Positions 1-13,190 of a DNA stretch of 64,000 bases are shown here, one piece after another. Numbering within the stretch: position 1 is the stretch's first letter; every line of letters begins with the position of its first letter. The DNA is from Octopus vulgaris (taxonomy: Eukaryota): positions 46,624,001 to 46,688,000 of the forward strand of contig OX597835.1 in the NCBI GenBank assembly GCA_951406725.2. Reading direction: 5' to 3'. Below the pieces are notes generated by a model, which was not told the DNA's origin, searched no databases, and was given only the letters and a program-made list of their open reading frames with translations. The position numbers and the translations under genes are program-made.

Positions 1-29
1 ATCTTTCAGCTCCAGCTGATAAATTTAAA

Positions 30-422
30 TCTTTATATATAAAAGAAAGGTTGTGTGTCTGTCTCCTACGATTTAGATCCCTAACTACTCCCACATTTTG
101 CGGTGCAGTTTAACCAAAACCGGGTATCTTATAGTCGTGATTCATATCGAGCCCTTCTGGGTATTAGCACGCGTCTATGATGAGTCTATGATTTTAAAAA
201 TAATTTACCATCATTTTTTCCATTTTCATGCATATTTTTTTTAATATAAGGGAAGTAACTCTCTAAAAATGTCTACGATGAGTCAACGATTTTAAAAAAA
301 ATTTACCATAATTTTCTTTCCATTTTTAATGCATTTTTTGCTATATTTTGGCTATAACTCTCTAAAAATGCTTTATAGTTATTTCCCTTACAAACCCGAG
401 CAACGCCGGGAGATACTGCTAG
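30..422 (+). mobile_element. Non-autonomous Helitron
   Basis: 5' TC start (A|TCTTTATATATAAAAG), subterminal hairpin CCCGAGCAACGCCGGG (395-410), 3' CTAG end, inserted between A and T with no TSD. Confidence 0.75.
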
Positions 423-575
423 TTTAATATAAAACATTAAAATATAGTTGTACACAATAACATTCAACATATTTACATGCCTGCACATGTGGGAAGTCCT
501 CCACCATGTGAACTGTCTCCGATGTCTCCTTATAAACAATGCACACAGAACTGTGCTATGAACAACGTCATCACA

Positions 576-775
576 CTCTTTTACTTGTTTCAGTCATTTG
601 ACACTGGCCATGCTGGAGCAATGCTTTTAGTTGAGCAAGTCAACCCCAGGACTTATTCTTTGTAAGCCTAGTACTTATTCTATAAGTCTCTTTTGCTGAA
701 CCGCTAAGTTACGGGGACGTAAACACTCCAGCATCGGTTGTCAAGCGACGTTGGGAGGACAAATGCAGACACACA

Positions 776-838
<63 letters not shown>

Positions 839-1006
839 ATATATACGACGGGCTTCTTTCAGTTTCTGTCTACCAAACCCACCCACAAGGCTTTGGTTGG
901 CCCAAGGCTATAGTAGAAGACACTTGCCCAAGGTGCCACGCAGTGGGACTGAACCCGGAACCATGTGGTTTGCAAGCAAGCTACTTACCACACAGCCATT
1001 CCTGCA
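576..1006 (-). mobile_element. tRNA-derived SINE family A (tRNA-like head, internal (TA)n/(CA)n, GTAAAAGA tail)
   Basis: Near-identical copies recur at about 2452-2840(+), 11213-12672(+, split), 25743-26202(-), 27615-28045(+), 35789-36190(+), 49343-49743(-), 50166-50532(-/+ pair), 54664-55083(-); A/B-box-like head TGGCTGTGTGG...GGTTCAGTCCC. Confidence 0.85.
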
Positions 1007-1719
1007 TCTATTGGTGACATGTTTCTGCATCATCACTCTTCACCAGCTACAGACGTCAACTCCATCATTCCCTTGACATTATTATATCTAAACAGCAAAT
1101 AAGGAATTTTCTGATGTGTGCAAAACTTTGTGAAGCTGAACATGATTAATTAAATGCACAAAGAATGTAAGAACAGCAGTTTTAGGTGGACTATAAACGA
1201 TAGATTAAATGTCCATAGCTGATAAAGCCTAAAAACTCAGAAATATATGTCCTAGAGTCTGATGACATCCTTCAAAACCTAATCGCTTGCTTTTCATATA
1301 TGTTGTCAGAAGAATTTCTCTCCTAACGCTATTTCTATGGCAATGGTCTTTCCATGTTCAACTGCACAAGAACATGTTAAAAATAATTGTACACACCTAT
1401 AATTCAATCGTTTCTACTTAGTGTGCTTCTAATAAATTAATTTCAAGTCGACAGAACTTTGCACACATCAGCAGATATTTTATTTGCTATCTGAATATAA
1501 AGAACAGCAGTTCTTAGTGAGCTCTAAATGGCAGGTTCGGTGTCCATAGCTGATAAAACATAACAACAAAGGAACACTTGTCCTACAGATCAATAACATC
1601 ATTCATAGCCCATTGTTGTGTTTGGCTGCTATTTGCATACATTGCTTATTAGCAGAATTTCCCTCTCAAAACAGTTTCTGCAGCAAAGGCCCACCCACGT
1701 TTGTGTGGATACAAACATG

Positions 1720-1932
1720 TTAAGCCCTTAGCATTCAGGTTGTTCCTGTCAAATGTAATGTTTGTTCATTCTCATTGTTTTGAATTAATCCTGAATAATC
1801 TTATAGCTTCGACAGTTGGATAATGGTGATGGTTTATTTTTAGAATGACATTGTAGAGTAGGTGTGAGGGGCCAGATTTAGCAGGTGGAATATTTTGGCT
1901 GGATTTGACTGGTTCAAATGCTAAAAGATTAA
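1720..1932. mobile_element. piggyBac-like MITE (TTAA-flanked)
   Basis: TTAAGCCCTTAGCATT ... AATGCTAAAAGATTAA termini; related interrupted copy at about 15021-15425. Confidence 0.55.
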
Positions 1933-3078
1933 ATATAATTCTGAACACCTTTAGCTTAGTCATCACCGCTTGGCATACCTGCAACTAATTAAATCAATTA
2001 AAATCTTTGAGACCTGATCTGGCATTCAACAAAGAATGCATCTTGTCTTTTATGTTTTTTTTTGTTTTTGTTTTGTTTTTTTCCCTTGTCTCCAGTTGTA
2101 TGATTGCCTTGGGTGTAGGAAAATTGCCTTCAAGAGAATTTTAAGTTGAATCAATGAAATGAATTGACTCGGTTGTGAGGTTACTGTGTTTGCTTCCTGA
2201 CTGCTTGGTTCCAACTTCAGCCCCATTGTTGCCCCATGCCAGCCAAAGCTATGTGAGTGAATTTGGTAGATGGAAACTGAAAGAAGCCTTTTGTATATTC
2301 ATGTGTGTGTTTATGTTTATGTGTGTGTATGCATGTGTGCATATGTTTGTGTCTTCTTGTCTTGAAGTTTTGTAATGGCTGTAAGTGAGCCTCACCATCA
2401 TAGAAGCGGTGTTGTTCATTTTTAGTCTTCCATGAAAACACATAACTGCAGGCATGGCTGTGTGGTAAGAAGTTTGCTTCCCAACCACATGATTCCAGGT
2501 TCAGTCCCACTTGCATGGCACCATGGACAAGTGGCTTTTACTATAGCCTCAAACTAACCAAAATCTTGTGAGTGGATTTGGTAGACAGAAACTGAAAGAA
2601 GCCTGTCGTATATGTATGAGTGTGTGTGTGTGTGTGTGTGTTTGCCCCCCCACCATTGCTTGACAACTGATGGTGGTGTGTTTACCTCCTTGTAACTTAG
2701 CAGTTCAGTAAAAAAGACCAATAGAATAAGTACCAGGCTTTAAGAAAGAATAAGTCCTGGGGTCGATTCATTCAACTAAAATATTCTCCAAAGCTGTGCC
2801 CCAGCATGGCCACAGTCTAATGACTGAAACACGTAAAAGATGTCTGACCAAGGGGAAATATTATCTTGATTGGAAACAGGTAAGGGTTGATGACAGCAGG
2901 GGCATCCAGCCACAGAAAAATCTGCCACAAATTTCATCTGACCCCATACAAGCAGGGGAAATGCAGACATTAAAATGATGATGATGATGATGATATATTT
3001 TTGTATAATTTGATCTAATGTTTCATATCTATTTATATCTTCTATCACCATGACAACCTTGTTTGTATTTATTTGCAG

Positions 3079-3132
3079 ACCGATCCTGCACAACAATATT
3101 GCATACAATTGCCGTGTGATATTTTATAACAA
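3079..3132 (+). CDS. NADSYN1: NAD+ synthetase exon (first in window): PILHNNIAYNCRVIFYNK
   Basis: ttgcag acceptor, gtaagt donor; matches NADSYN1 PVMHRNVRYNCRVIFLNRK. Confidence 0.9.
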
Positions 3133-3520
3133 GTAAGTAAACAAAAGAAAAAAGCAAAAAAAAAGGAAAAACAATTGATAAGCTTTATCCTTATGTTACT
3201 CAGTAGATAACTCAGACTTGCCATTTGCATGAAGAAGTAACAGTTAAGTCATTATTATTACATTATGTCAATTGCTATGAAACTTAATTCAGAAAACATC
3301 CCTGCAATAACGTAAATTGGTTCAATGACGCGTTGAGATTAAGATTTGAACCCCATTTGCAAAACCCTTTTGTAATAAGACGGGAAAACTCTGCAGACAA
3401 GAATGTTCCCCTGGGCCATGAAAATACTGATTTCACTTAATGGTTTCATCCACCCTTAACTCTGAAAGTTAAGTGATGAATATATATTCTTGTGATTTTC
3501 AGGAATTTTGGGAATGTGAG

Positions 3521-3920
3521 CACTAGTGTAGCTGGTGGGGAGGTAGGGGCAGTCCACCCCAGGTGGCACTTTTAAAGGGGTGCCACTTTTGGGTTTGCTG
3601 TTGGCAAATATGTTTTTTGTGGCGAGCTGGCAGAATCATTAGCATGCTGGGTGAATTGCTTCACAGTATTTCGTCTGCCGTTACATTCTGAGTTCAAATT
3701 CCACCTAGGTCAACTTTACCTTTCATTCATTGGGGTCAATTAAATAAGTACCAGTTACGCACTGGGGTCAATGTAATCAACTTAATCCCTTAGTCTGTCT
3801 TTACTTGTCCGCTCTATGTTAAGTTCCTCTCCTGTGGGCAATAAATAAATAAATTTTGGGGTCTGGAGGTGGCAAACGGAAGGGCCGCCCCGGGTGACGT
3901 ACACTCTAGCTACACTAGTG
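3521..3920. mobile_element. hAT-like MITE with nested SINE (about 3620-3852)
   Basis: 13-bp TIR CACTAGTGTAGCT/AGCTACACTAGTG; 8-bp TSD aatgtgag/gatgtgag (7 of 8 match). Confidence 0.7.
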
Positions 3921-4441
3921 GATGTGAGTCTGGGTTTAGGTCTGGCATCCATAGCAAGTCACTGGGTTTAGATAATGATTAGTTTTCTCCCCCTTGCCTT
4001 CTTCCAATTCAGCATGATCAAATCTGAACTGACTTCACCTTGAGTAATTGAGGTTCTTAAGCCATCACATTTTCACTGTGGAGTGATCCTGTTTCTGTCA
4101 TCCAAACAGGGACCTGCAAATGCTTGCTGACTGAGCTTCAGCCAGGGCACAACAGATGTTAACCTGCTTCAGTGGGGCCATGCACTGCATACCAAATAAT
4201 ACCTCAAGAATATGAAACAGACCACCTTGAGCTATATTGCTGCTTTCATCCATTCCATGGAGATATATATGAGATGATCCATGAAACCAGTGAGGAATCC
4301 ATTGAGTTAACTTTAGGAGAAACTCCTTATAAAACAAGTTAGAGTTAACATATTTAAAGCATGGAGTATTGAAAAGTTAACCACAAATAGTTATGTAGTA
4401 AAAAAAGTAATTTTCATTTTTCCAGCAATTATGAAAGATCA

Positions 4442-4482
4442 CACTAGACATGTTTCAGCCTTATTATAGCCTCATCAGAATG
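4442..4482 (-). ncRNA. Minimal hammerhead ribozyme motif (degenerate stem I)
   Basis: Minus strand reads acatt CTGATGA ggct-ataataa-ggct GAAA catg TC tagtg. Confidence 0.55.
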
Positions 4483-4886
4483 TCGTATATTTCACCATAA
4501 TTTCCAAAGTAAGGATGGCTCTAACCATCAGAGCTTTTGGGGACTTTTATTTTGCTGCTATTTCCAGCAGGAAGAGGGACTGCATTTAAGGTCTTTCGGT
4601 GGTTCAGGATTGTGCTGAGTTCCACTCTGATTTGTTCCATTAAGATCAGCAAGGCCAGTAGTCTGAGTTCAAGGTTCCATGTTCAGTCCTCAGCATATCA
4701 GGTGAGAAGGCAAATTATTGATCACCTGAAGAGGATTAGAGATGACCAATTGATTGTGTCAGTCTCCACAATAATGAGCTTTTCTTATTTTAATTCATTC
4801 AATGTTGAAGTATTTGAGTGTGTGTGTGTGTGTTTTATGTGTTTCCTATGTCTACTGAATTCTTTGTTTTCTCTTTTGCGATGCAG

Positions 4887-5028
4887 GCGAATACTTTTAA
4901 TACGTCCCAAGCAGAATATGTGCAATGATGGGAACTACCGAGAGATGCGATGGTTCACAGGTTGGTCAAAGGTTAGACAATGTGAAGACCATATCCTACC
5001 GAAATTCATTCAGGAAATCTGTGGCCAG
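4887..5028 (+). CDS. NADSYN1: NADSYN1 exon: RILLIRPKQNMCNDGNYREMRWFTGW...ICGQ (glutaminase catalytic Lys)
   Basis: AG/GT boundaries, phase fits neighbours, GNYRE.RWF motif. Confidence 0.95.
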
Positions 5029-5099
5029 GTAAGAGAGGATGTCTTGTATGTTATATAATCAGTGATCCATCCATCTCTGATCTCCCCACTACCTAATCA

Positions 5100-5490
5100 T
5101 CATCATCTGATTGAGCACGCTTAGACATTTTTAACCTGCATACACCATTCATCTCGATCCTGCATTAGTTGAGGGAGGTCTTCAGGGGAGCATCAAATGT
5201 TTCTGATGAGTCAAACTACATACGTTGTGTTCAGGTGACCTGCTTGGGTACAGCCATAATTTGGCATCCATAAAAGTAGGTCAGTTCTTGTCCAGCTCAA
5301 TACCAATGTCCTGCAAAGTGCAAGCGCTTTCCCCTTATAATGGTGGAAACAGGCAGAAGATCTCCATGCCGCTGTTTCTTGGTGAGATGAGTTCTCCGAG
5401 ATATGTTTAAGACTGCTTTTAACATTTGGGTGTCAGTTCCATGTAGCTTGGATTCCAGGTTTTGGCAAGCGCCCAGGCTGTTGCTCTCTA
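5100..5490 (-). mobile_element. Decayed 3' fragment of an RTE-like LINE
   Basis: Translation MLKAVLNIS...IRGKRLHFAGH resembles RTE C-terminus (ML+..L.ISW...RL..AGH). Confidence 0.55.
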
Positions 5491-6160
5491 TAAAAGGACT
5501 TATCCTACTTATAAAACTCACAAATTATAACCCTGTCTCTAATTTCACCATCTTAAACAAGACTATGTTTGAGGGAATATTTTGCTCCAGCATGTGCACA
5601 CCTTCTCTCCTCCATCCATCTACATGCACACCATCAGACATCAACCTGTCATTCATATATCTGTCCTCATCATTCTACCTGTGGATAGCCCACCCCCTCC
5701 ACTCTCACTTCAGTCAGCGTCAGCTTTATCATTCGTATCTTCTAGTGATTCTGTCAGCTCACTACCTTCATAATAACAACAAGAACACTCAGAGAGCACA
5801 AAACTCTGCCAAGGTAACACTGACGTCCTCTCAATGTTTACCCAGAGGCGATTTTTAAAATGAGAATATCTGAAATAAATTTGACTTCTTTCACAAATGG
5901 GAATGCTAAAAATGAACCTGACCACTCTCAAAAATTAAGTAAAAAACACAGGAAAAAGAATCTAGAATCCTTGTCCGGTACCAGATTGATCCCAAAATTT
6001 AATGAGTTTGTGCTAGTCCTGAGTCCAAACATCTCTGAAATTTTCATCCGAATCCATCCAGTGGTTCTTGAGATATTTTTTCCATGGACAAACAAACAAA
6101 TAAACATACACAACTGAAAACAATATCTCCGCCTTCGCTAAGGCAGAGGTAATAATAATA

Positions 6161-6253
<93 letters not shown>

Positions 6254-6937
6254 GTTTCAGATTTTGGCACAATGCCAGGAATTTCAAGGATTATATCGAC
6301 CCCAGCATTCAACTGGTACTTTATTTTGTTGATCTCGAAAGGTTGAATGGCAAAATCAACCTCAGCAGAATTTGAACCTAGAATGTGAAGACAGACGAAA
6401 TACCACTAAGCATTTTGCTCGGTGTGCTAACGATTCAGCCACCTTGCCACCTTAATGAGGATAATAATTAATAATCCTTTCTACTGGAGACACAAGGCCT
6501 GAACTTTTGATGGGAGGGGACAAGTTGATTACATTGACCCCAGTGTTTCACTGGTACTTAATTCATTGACCCCCAAAAGGATGCGAGGCAAAGTCACCCT
6601 CGGCAGAATTTGAACTTAGAACACGAAGACATAAAATGCCACTAAGCACTTTGCCTGGCACGCTAACGATTCTGCCACTAATTATGTTTCCTATTCATTA
6701 ACCCAATATTCTGTTAGGCATTGAGAACTTTCATATGTTTTCCACTTGGTCACTAATTTGTTTGTTCGTTATCATCTGCCTACTGCCACAACCACCAACA
6801 CCATCACTACCATCACCACCACCACTACCACCACCACCACCACCACTACCACTACCACCACTACCACCACCACCACACTTGTAAATCTTGGTGTAAACAA
6901 TGATTTAACATGTTGCTGTGTATTTTATGTTTCCTAG

Positions 6938-7026
6938 AAAACCGTGCCGTTTGGTGATTGTGTTCTCAAGTTTGAAGATATTACCATCGGATTTGAAACG
7001 TGTGAAGAACTCTTCGGGCCACAGAG
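6938..7026 (+). CDS. NADSYN1: NADSYN1 exon: KTVPFGDCVLKFEDITIGFETCEELFGPQ (catalytic Cys)
   Basis: cctag/gtaaa boundaries; VPFGD and CEEL motifs. Confidence 0.95.
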
Positions 7027-7319
7027 GTAAATATGTACATGCACACATGCATATATATATATATATACACATGCACACATGCCATGCATATATATATATA
7101 TATATATACATGCACACATGCATATATATATATATATATATACACATGCACACATGCATATATATATATATATATATGGAGAGCGAATGTTAAATGATGA
7201 TGATGATGATATGTGATTTGAGGTAGATTTGATTGCTTCTTTCTAGCAGACTGACCAAAGTCTAAACAGGCTTCCCCATTGTCTCATTGTTGTTGATGTG
7301 TTGTCTTCTGTCTCTTCAG

Positions 7320-7437
7320 CCCATTCAACTCCTTGTGTCAGGACAGTGTTGATGTTATCATGAACAGCAGTGGCAGCCACCATGAACTACGCAAGGCCAA
7401 TATAAGAGTACAATACATACAGTCGGCAACAAGAAAG
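7320..7437 (+). CDS. NADSYN1: NADSYN1 exon: PFNSLCQDSVDVIMNSSGSHHELRKANIRVQYIQSATRK
   Basis: AG/GT boundaries; N.SGSHH.LRK motif. Confidence 0.95.
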
Positions 7438-8296
7438 GTTTGTTGTTTTTGTTGTTGTTGCAGTTGCCCATCCATGCCAATCTCCTCTGTCCATATGGCA
7501 CCAATGTCATCCAAGGGTAAGGCAAAGGGGCCGATACAGCTTGGTACCAGTGATGTTGCAACTCATTTCTACAGCTGAGTGAACTGGAGCAACATGGATT
7601 AAAGTGTCTTGCTCAAGGACACAACACACAGCCCGGTCCAGGAACCGAACTCACTACCTCATGACTACAAGCCCGACACTCTAACCGCTGAGCTATGCAC
7701 CTTCACAAACTTATCACCTGTGTGCCTAAATTATTATTGATGTTCTTGCTAACGTGGGATTCCTCGTTTGGCTCAAGTTGCCTGACCCCTTATTGGAACA
7801 CCTTATTTCATCCCTTTTGTGTTTCATTTTCCTTTGTCCCTTTATTTAAAAAAAAAATTTGTTTTGTTATCCTTTATAAATATCATCCCAAACTAATGGC
7901 GGTGCCCCAGCATGGCCACAGCTCGTGAGCTGAAACTGAATAAAATAAAAAAAAAAACCCATTTTGGGTCTTTGTCTTTGTTATGTCATCTCATTCATTA
8001 CCCTTGTGGCAAATAACAAAACAACTGTTATTGTTGTTGTTATTATTCTGCTGTCATCCCTGATTCAGCAGTTCTATGATCAAAGGCACTCCAACCATGA
8101 CCAGCTTATCCTTTTTTTCCTGCATAACACATCTATTTGTCTCTCTCTCTTCATATTATGCTAAATTTCAGGGCAATATGGTTTCTATTTCTAAATGTTG
8201 GCTTCACCAGAGAGCAGCATTTGATTTCATTTACTTTCAGAGTTTATTATATATTGTAGGGGTACTGTATAAATGCACTGTGACTTCCTTTTTCAG

Positions 8297-8428
8297 GGTG
8301 GTGGTGTGTATATCTACTCAAATTTTCTTGGCTGTGACGGTGACCGACTCTACTTTGATGGGTGTTCATCAGTTACGATGAACGGTAAGACCCTTGTCCA
8401 GGGTCCACAGTTTTCTGTCAAAGATATT
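8297..8428 (+). CDS. NADSYN1: NADSYN1 exon: [25 protein letters not shown]...QFSVKDI
   Basis: tttcag/gtaagt; [10 protein letters not shown] motif. Confidence 0.95.
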
Positions 8429-9019
8429 GTAAGTTCTTATTTATATTTTTATTCTCTCTCTTTCTCTTATTTAATTTTTTTTGTTTTTTATCTTTGTTTC
8501 AGTCACTGCATTTGAAGAATTGTAGCCAAACAAATCACCCACAGTACTTATTCTATGAGTTTCTTTTGCTGGTGTACAAAGTTACAGGGACATAAACACA
8601 TCAACACCTGTTGGCAAGCAGTGATGGGGGGTTGGGGGACAAACACAGACACACAGACATGCCCGCATGGATATCATCCATCATTATCATTATCCAGTCT
8701 TTTAAATCCAGGTTTTGTCTCCCATAAACGGAGGTGGCCAGATCTACCTGAATGCCATAGCAATTGAGGCAGGCAGGTGCAGCCCACCTCCAACCTTTGG
8801 GCTGGCTAGTGCCCATTCTCCTATGCTATCATGAGGCTTTTTTGGAGCAGTATTTTCTATGGAAAGCATGCCCTTGCTTACCCCCCACCTCAGTTTCTAG
8901 ACATGAGTGGTCCCAAGACCAAAGCCTCTACCACGATTTTTAAGAATTGTGGTGGAAAACTAGCTCAGGAAGGCAGGGACGCTACTTCCTGAGACCCCTT
9001 TCAGAGTCCCCCTACATAC

Positions 9020-9058
<39 letters not shown>

Positions 9059-9311
9059 GCCGTAGAAACACTGCCAGATCTGACTGGGCCTGATGAAGCC
9101 TTCCAGCTTCACAGACCCCAGTTGAACCGTCCAACCCATGCTAGCATGGAAAACGGACGCTAAATGATGATGATGATATATATATATATACGATAATATA
9201 TCATATGGTATACACTTGGCATTTACCGGTAAAGCACGTTCACTTTTACAGTGTTCGTTGTATATTTGGTTAATAAGAGAGACAGAAGATGGAAGATACG
9301 AGAATGTTTAT

Positions 9312-9420
9312 TAACCACTACAATTGTTTCACCCATTTAGTATGGATCCCTCATGGGTAGGCTACTTAACACCTGGCTTAGGAGTATCCATCAGTGTAGA
9401 TGTGCCTCTTCAGGTGATTA
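9312..9420 (-). ncRNA. Type I hammerhead ribozyme motif, 7-bp stem I, long stem II
   Basis: Minus strand reads taatcac CTGAAGA ggcacat...atgggt GAAA caattg TA gtggtta, then AATAAA. Confidence 0.7.
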
Positions 9421-9977
9421 GAAAATGTATCTCATTAAAGTAACAACTTTTCTGCAAGATATCTTCTTGGTTTGTGTATGGAAGAGCAGCAGATTAAGGG
9501 ATATAGGTTCATTTTTAGAGTAGATCAATAATAAATAACAAATGCTAAAAGAAATGAATACACAATACAGTGAAAACAGTATTGAATATAACTGTTAAAA
9601 GATATGGATGTATAAATACTCTTGCTTAGGTTGTATGGCACATGTACATTCGCTCGTACAAACATCCACAAAGATATAAGCATGCACACACGTGCGGTTT
9701 GGTGCACATGCATTCATACAGCAGATTAAATAGCTACTTAGTGATTAGGGGAGGCTAAGGGTGAAATTAATTCATCCATACCTTAATATAAATTATGATT
9801 ATTAATTTGGTTAACGGTTACTCAGGTTCATTCCCACTGCATTGTGCGAAAGTGCATCTATGTGCATGTAAGCATCTTGAGAATCTTTCAGATATTCTGT
9901 TAAGGATCTTCTCATTGGTCCACAGATTAGATAGGGATTCCTCAGAGAAGAGTCTGCATCTGCTGGAAAGGATATTG

Positions 9978-10207
9978 ATTTCTTTATTTCCCACAGGGGG
10001 CTAAACATAGAGGGGACAAACAAGGACAGACAAAGGAAGTAAGTCAATTACATCGACCGCAGTGCATAACTGGTACTTATTTAATCGACACGAAGAGGAT
10101 GAAAGGCAAAGTCGACCTCGGCAGAATTTGAACTCAGAACATAACAGCAGACGAAATACCATTAAGCATTTTGCTCAGCGTGCTAACAACTCTGCCAGCT
10201 TGCCGCC
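9978..10207 (-). mobile_element. tRNA-derived SINE family B
   Basis: GGCGGCGAGCTGGCAGAATCGTTAGC...GAGTTCAAATTCCGCCGAGGTCGAC family; copies at about 3620-3852, 6250-6680, 24720-24925, 28760-29180, 35264-35491, 55631-55866, 56505-56722. Confidence 0.8.
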
Positions 10208-10708
10208 ATATCCTGGAAAGGATATGATTGTGCCTGCTTTATTATGGACCAAGTTAGATCATATTCAATTTCATTTTCCTTCAGTTGCCACACAAAATTA
10301 CCCTTATCACAGTGTCTCTACAATACAGTACCCCCTCTAATGTCATATCGTAGTGTGTCGTCTGCCTGTTATCAAATTAGGGGTGTCTTTAGAGCTTCAG
10401 ACTGTATGCATTGCCATATTTGTTTCGACTCTCTGCACTGTAAGTTCAAATCCCTCCGACGTCACTTTACTCTTTATCCTTTTGGGTTCAATAAAAAAAA
10501 GAAGATCCAAAAAATGTGGATTAGTGGAACTGTAATACGATCAAACCAAATACCTTGTGGTATTTGTTATGGATCTTCACATCCTGAGTTCAAATTCCAC
10601 CATGATCTACTTCAGTGGTAGACTAAATTCATCACCCAGTTTAACACCACCCCATGGCATGTTGGGTGCATCATTATCATCATCATCATCATCATCATCA
10701 TCAATATT

Positions 10709-10939
10709 TAACCTATTAAGTCCCACTGTCCTATAAATAGGACACTAAATGAGAACATTAAATAAGTTATATCACATTGTCTCAGTGTCCTATTTATAAG
10801 ACATCGAGTATTTCCATTTCTACTTGAAGTAAAGGAGTTTTAATAATTAATATTTTTCATTTTAACTTATTTTTAATCATCTGTAAAAATCTAAAAGTAA
10901 TATTCAGAAATTTAAGTACTCTGGGACTTAATGGGCTAA
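10709..10939. mobile_element. piggyBac-like MITE
   Basis: Termini TTAACCTATTAAGTCCCA / TGGGACTTAATGGGCTAA. Confidence 0.5.
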
Positions 10940-11375
10940 TGTCCATTTTCCATGCTGGCATGGGTTTGATGTCCTCACAGGACCTGGAAAGGCCAGGAGC
11001 TGCACCAGTCCCATAGACTGTTTTGGTTTGATCTCTACAGTTGGATGCCCTTCCTAATGCCAACCACTTTACAGAGGGTAACAAGTGTTTGTTTTTTATG
11101 TGACACCATCATGGATGATGTATGACATATCAAAAATTCCCATGAGTCTCTATTGTGAGTTTCCTTGTTTGTTTGTTTCTTGATCCAAATTGGAGACGAA
11201 TACCAATTTTTGCATAGGAGTGGCTGTGTGATAAGTAGCTTGCTTATGAACCACATGGTTCTGAGTTCAGTCCCACTGCGTGGCACCTTGGGCAAGTGTC
11301 TTCTACTATAGCCTCGGGCCGACCAAAGCCTTGAGAGTGGATTTGGTAGACGGAAACTGAAAGAAGCCCGTCGTA

Positions 11376-11415
<40 letters not shown>

Positions 11416-11419
<4 letters not shown>

Positions 11420-12407
11420 GGTATGTAGAAAAATACAACATGGACAAGAACGTATAACTCTTAGAAGACGATACAATAAACACGGACAGGACATTCGAAA
11501 CCCTCAGTCTTCAGTCAAGAACCGGATCATCGTAGTAATTTCGGCTGATTAATCTTGAGATTACTAGATCACGGCCAGCCCTCCAAGAAAAACTAAGCAA
11601 CGAGCATTAGAAAAACTAAGCTGGGAGCGTAGATTTCCTGGAAGAAGGATCGAATGCATACGAACACCAGGACAGCAAAAGGGACGAATATAAAAAAACA
11701 AAAAACAATAATGGAATACAGAAACATGAAATACAGAAGCATTAACGGTGAAAACAACAAGTGTCTTACGACTGATAACAAGCAAACAAATTTTTTCTCT
11801 GGCGCATTGGAAAGGAGCCTTAGCGGCGGACGAAAAACAACGATGTTAACACGACGCTGGTGAGAAGCTGAAAGGCAGATTTCGGCCAGCAGTCACGTGA
11901 CAGAGAAGAGAGAAAAGAAAAGAAAGAGAAGCAAAGGAAGAGAGAGAGAGAGGAGGGACAAACGCAACAAAGAGAAAGAAGGAATCAGAGAGGAGAAGGG
12001 ATGGGTGTCGAAGATTGACCTGTGAGTGCAGAGCGAGACAAAGAATTAGGAGGGTAGGGGAAGATTAGACCAAAGAATCAGAGGAAAGAGAAGAGAAAAA
12101 GAGGATGAGTAGAGAGAAAAGAGAGAGAAGGGGACAGATCAAGTAAAAGTGAGAGAGAGAGAGAGACAAACAGAGAGTCGTACCAATTATTAAGAATATG
12201 TGCTCACATTAATGTTAAGAGGGTACGTGGCGCCTGGAATATATGTTAAGGTATGTAGAAAAATACAACATGGACAAGAACGTATAACTCTTAGAAGACG
12301 ATACAATAAACACGGACAGGACATTCGAAACCCTCAGTCTTCAGTCAAGAACCGGATCATCGTAGTAATTTCGGCTGATTAATCTTGAGATTACTAGATC
12401 ACGGCCA
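11416..12407. mobile_element. 992-bp non-coding element with identical 162-bp terminal direct repeats, inserted in the (TA)n of a SINE
   Basis: 11416-11577 equals 12246-12407; the host SINE halves flank it on both sides. Confidence 0.7.
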
Positions 12408-13115
12408 TATATATACAGACACACAAACATATACACACACATACATATATATATATATGTATGTTTGTGTGTCTGTGTTTGTCCCCCCAACATCGCTTGA
12501 CAACCAATGCTGGTGTGTTTACGTCCCCATAACTTAGCAGTTCGGCAAAAGAGACCGATAGAATAAATACTAGGCTTACAAAGAATAAGTCCTGGGGTCG
12601 ATTTGCTCGACTAAAGGCGGTGCTCCAGCATGGCCATAGTCCAATGACTGAAACAAATAAAAGAGTAAAAGAACATGAAACTAATGGTAGCCTTAATACA
12701 CAAATAAAAGATCTTTATCCACCAATACAGTTTTGAGCACTCATTCTCACTGTTCAATATTTACACACACACACACACACACATATAATCGTTTAAAGGC
12801 TATATAAAATGGCATATACCTGTTACTTATTTAAGACAGTTAAGTGTGACTTGAGGAGTATTTCCCTAGTGTTTTTATCAGTTCCCTTGCAAGGGTTTTG
12901 TTGTGGTCCTTAATGTGGCAGGTCAGTCCTGATCCAGCAAACTTTAGATTGAAGGTGTTTCAGCTGTGGTTTATCTAGGACTACATTATCTCATGTGTTC
13001 TTTTCCCAAGATGGTGTGATTTGAGGGAGATTTGGCTATTATTTTGGGCTTGTCAAGTGACTATATATCAGGCCCCATTTGTTAGCCAATCATCGTTGTT
13101 TCTTTTTACTTGCAG

Positions 13116-13190
13116 GTGGTTCTCGTGGCCACAGTAGACCTGGATGATGTTGTCAGCTACCGAAATCAGACTAAAAGTTTCTGCTTAACG
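13116..13190 (+). CDS. NADSYN1: NADSYN1 exon: VVLVATVDLDDVVSYRNQTKSFCLT
   Basis: ttgcag/gtaagt; AT.DL.DV.SYR motif. Confidence 0.93.

Noticed and set aside
1-3078. First NADSYN1 exons
   Set aside because: No GPELE/GYGC.DH-type translation found; they are presumably upstream of the window
9085-9120. CTGATGA hairpin in RTE tails as a hammerhead
   Set aside because: No GAAA or stem III follows; the same applies to CTGAnGA at about 1259, 4726, 5203, 50546 and 53335
11490-11560. Possible type II hammerhead (GAAA...CTGAAGA) in the 162-bp repeat
   Set aside because: Stems I and III do not pair in the required register
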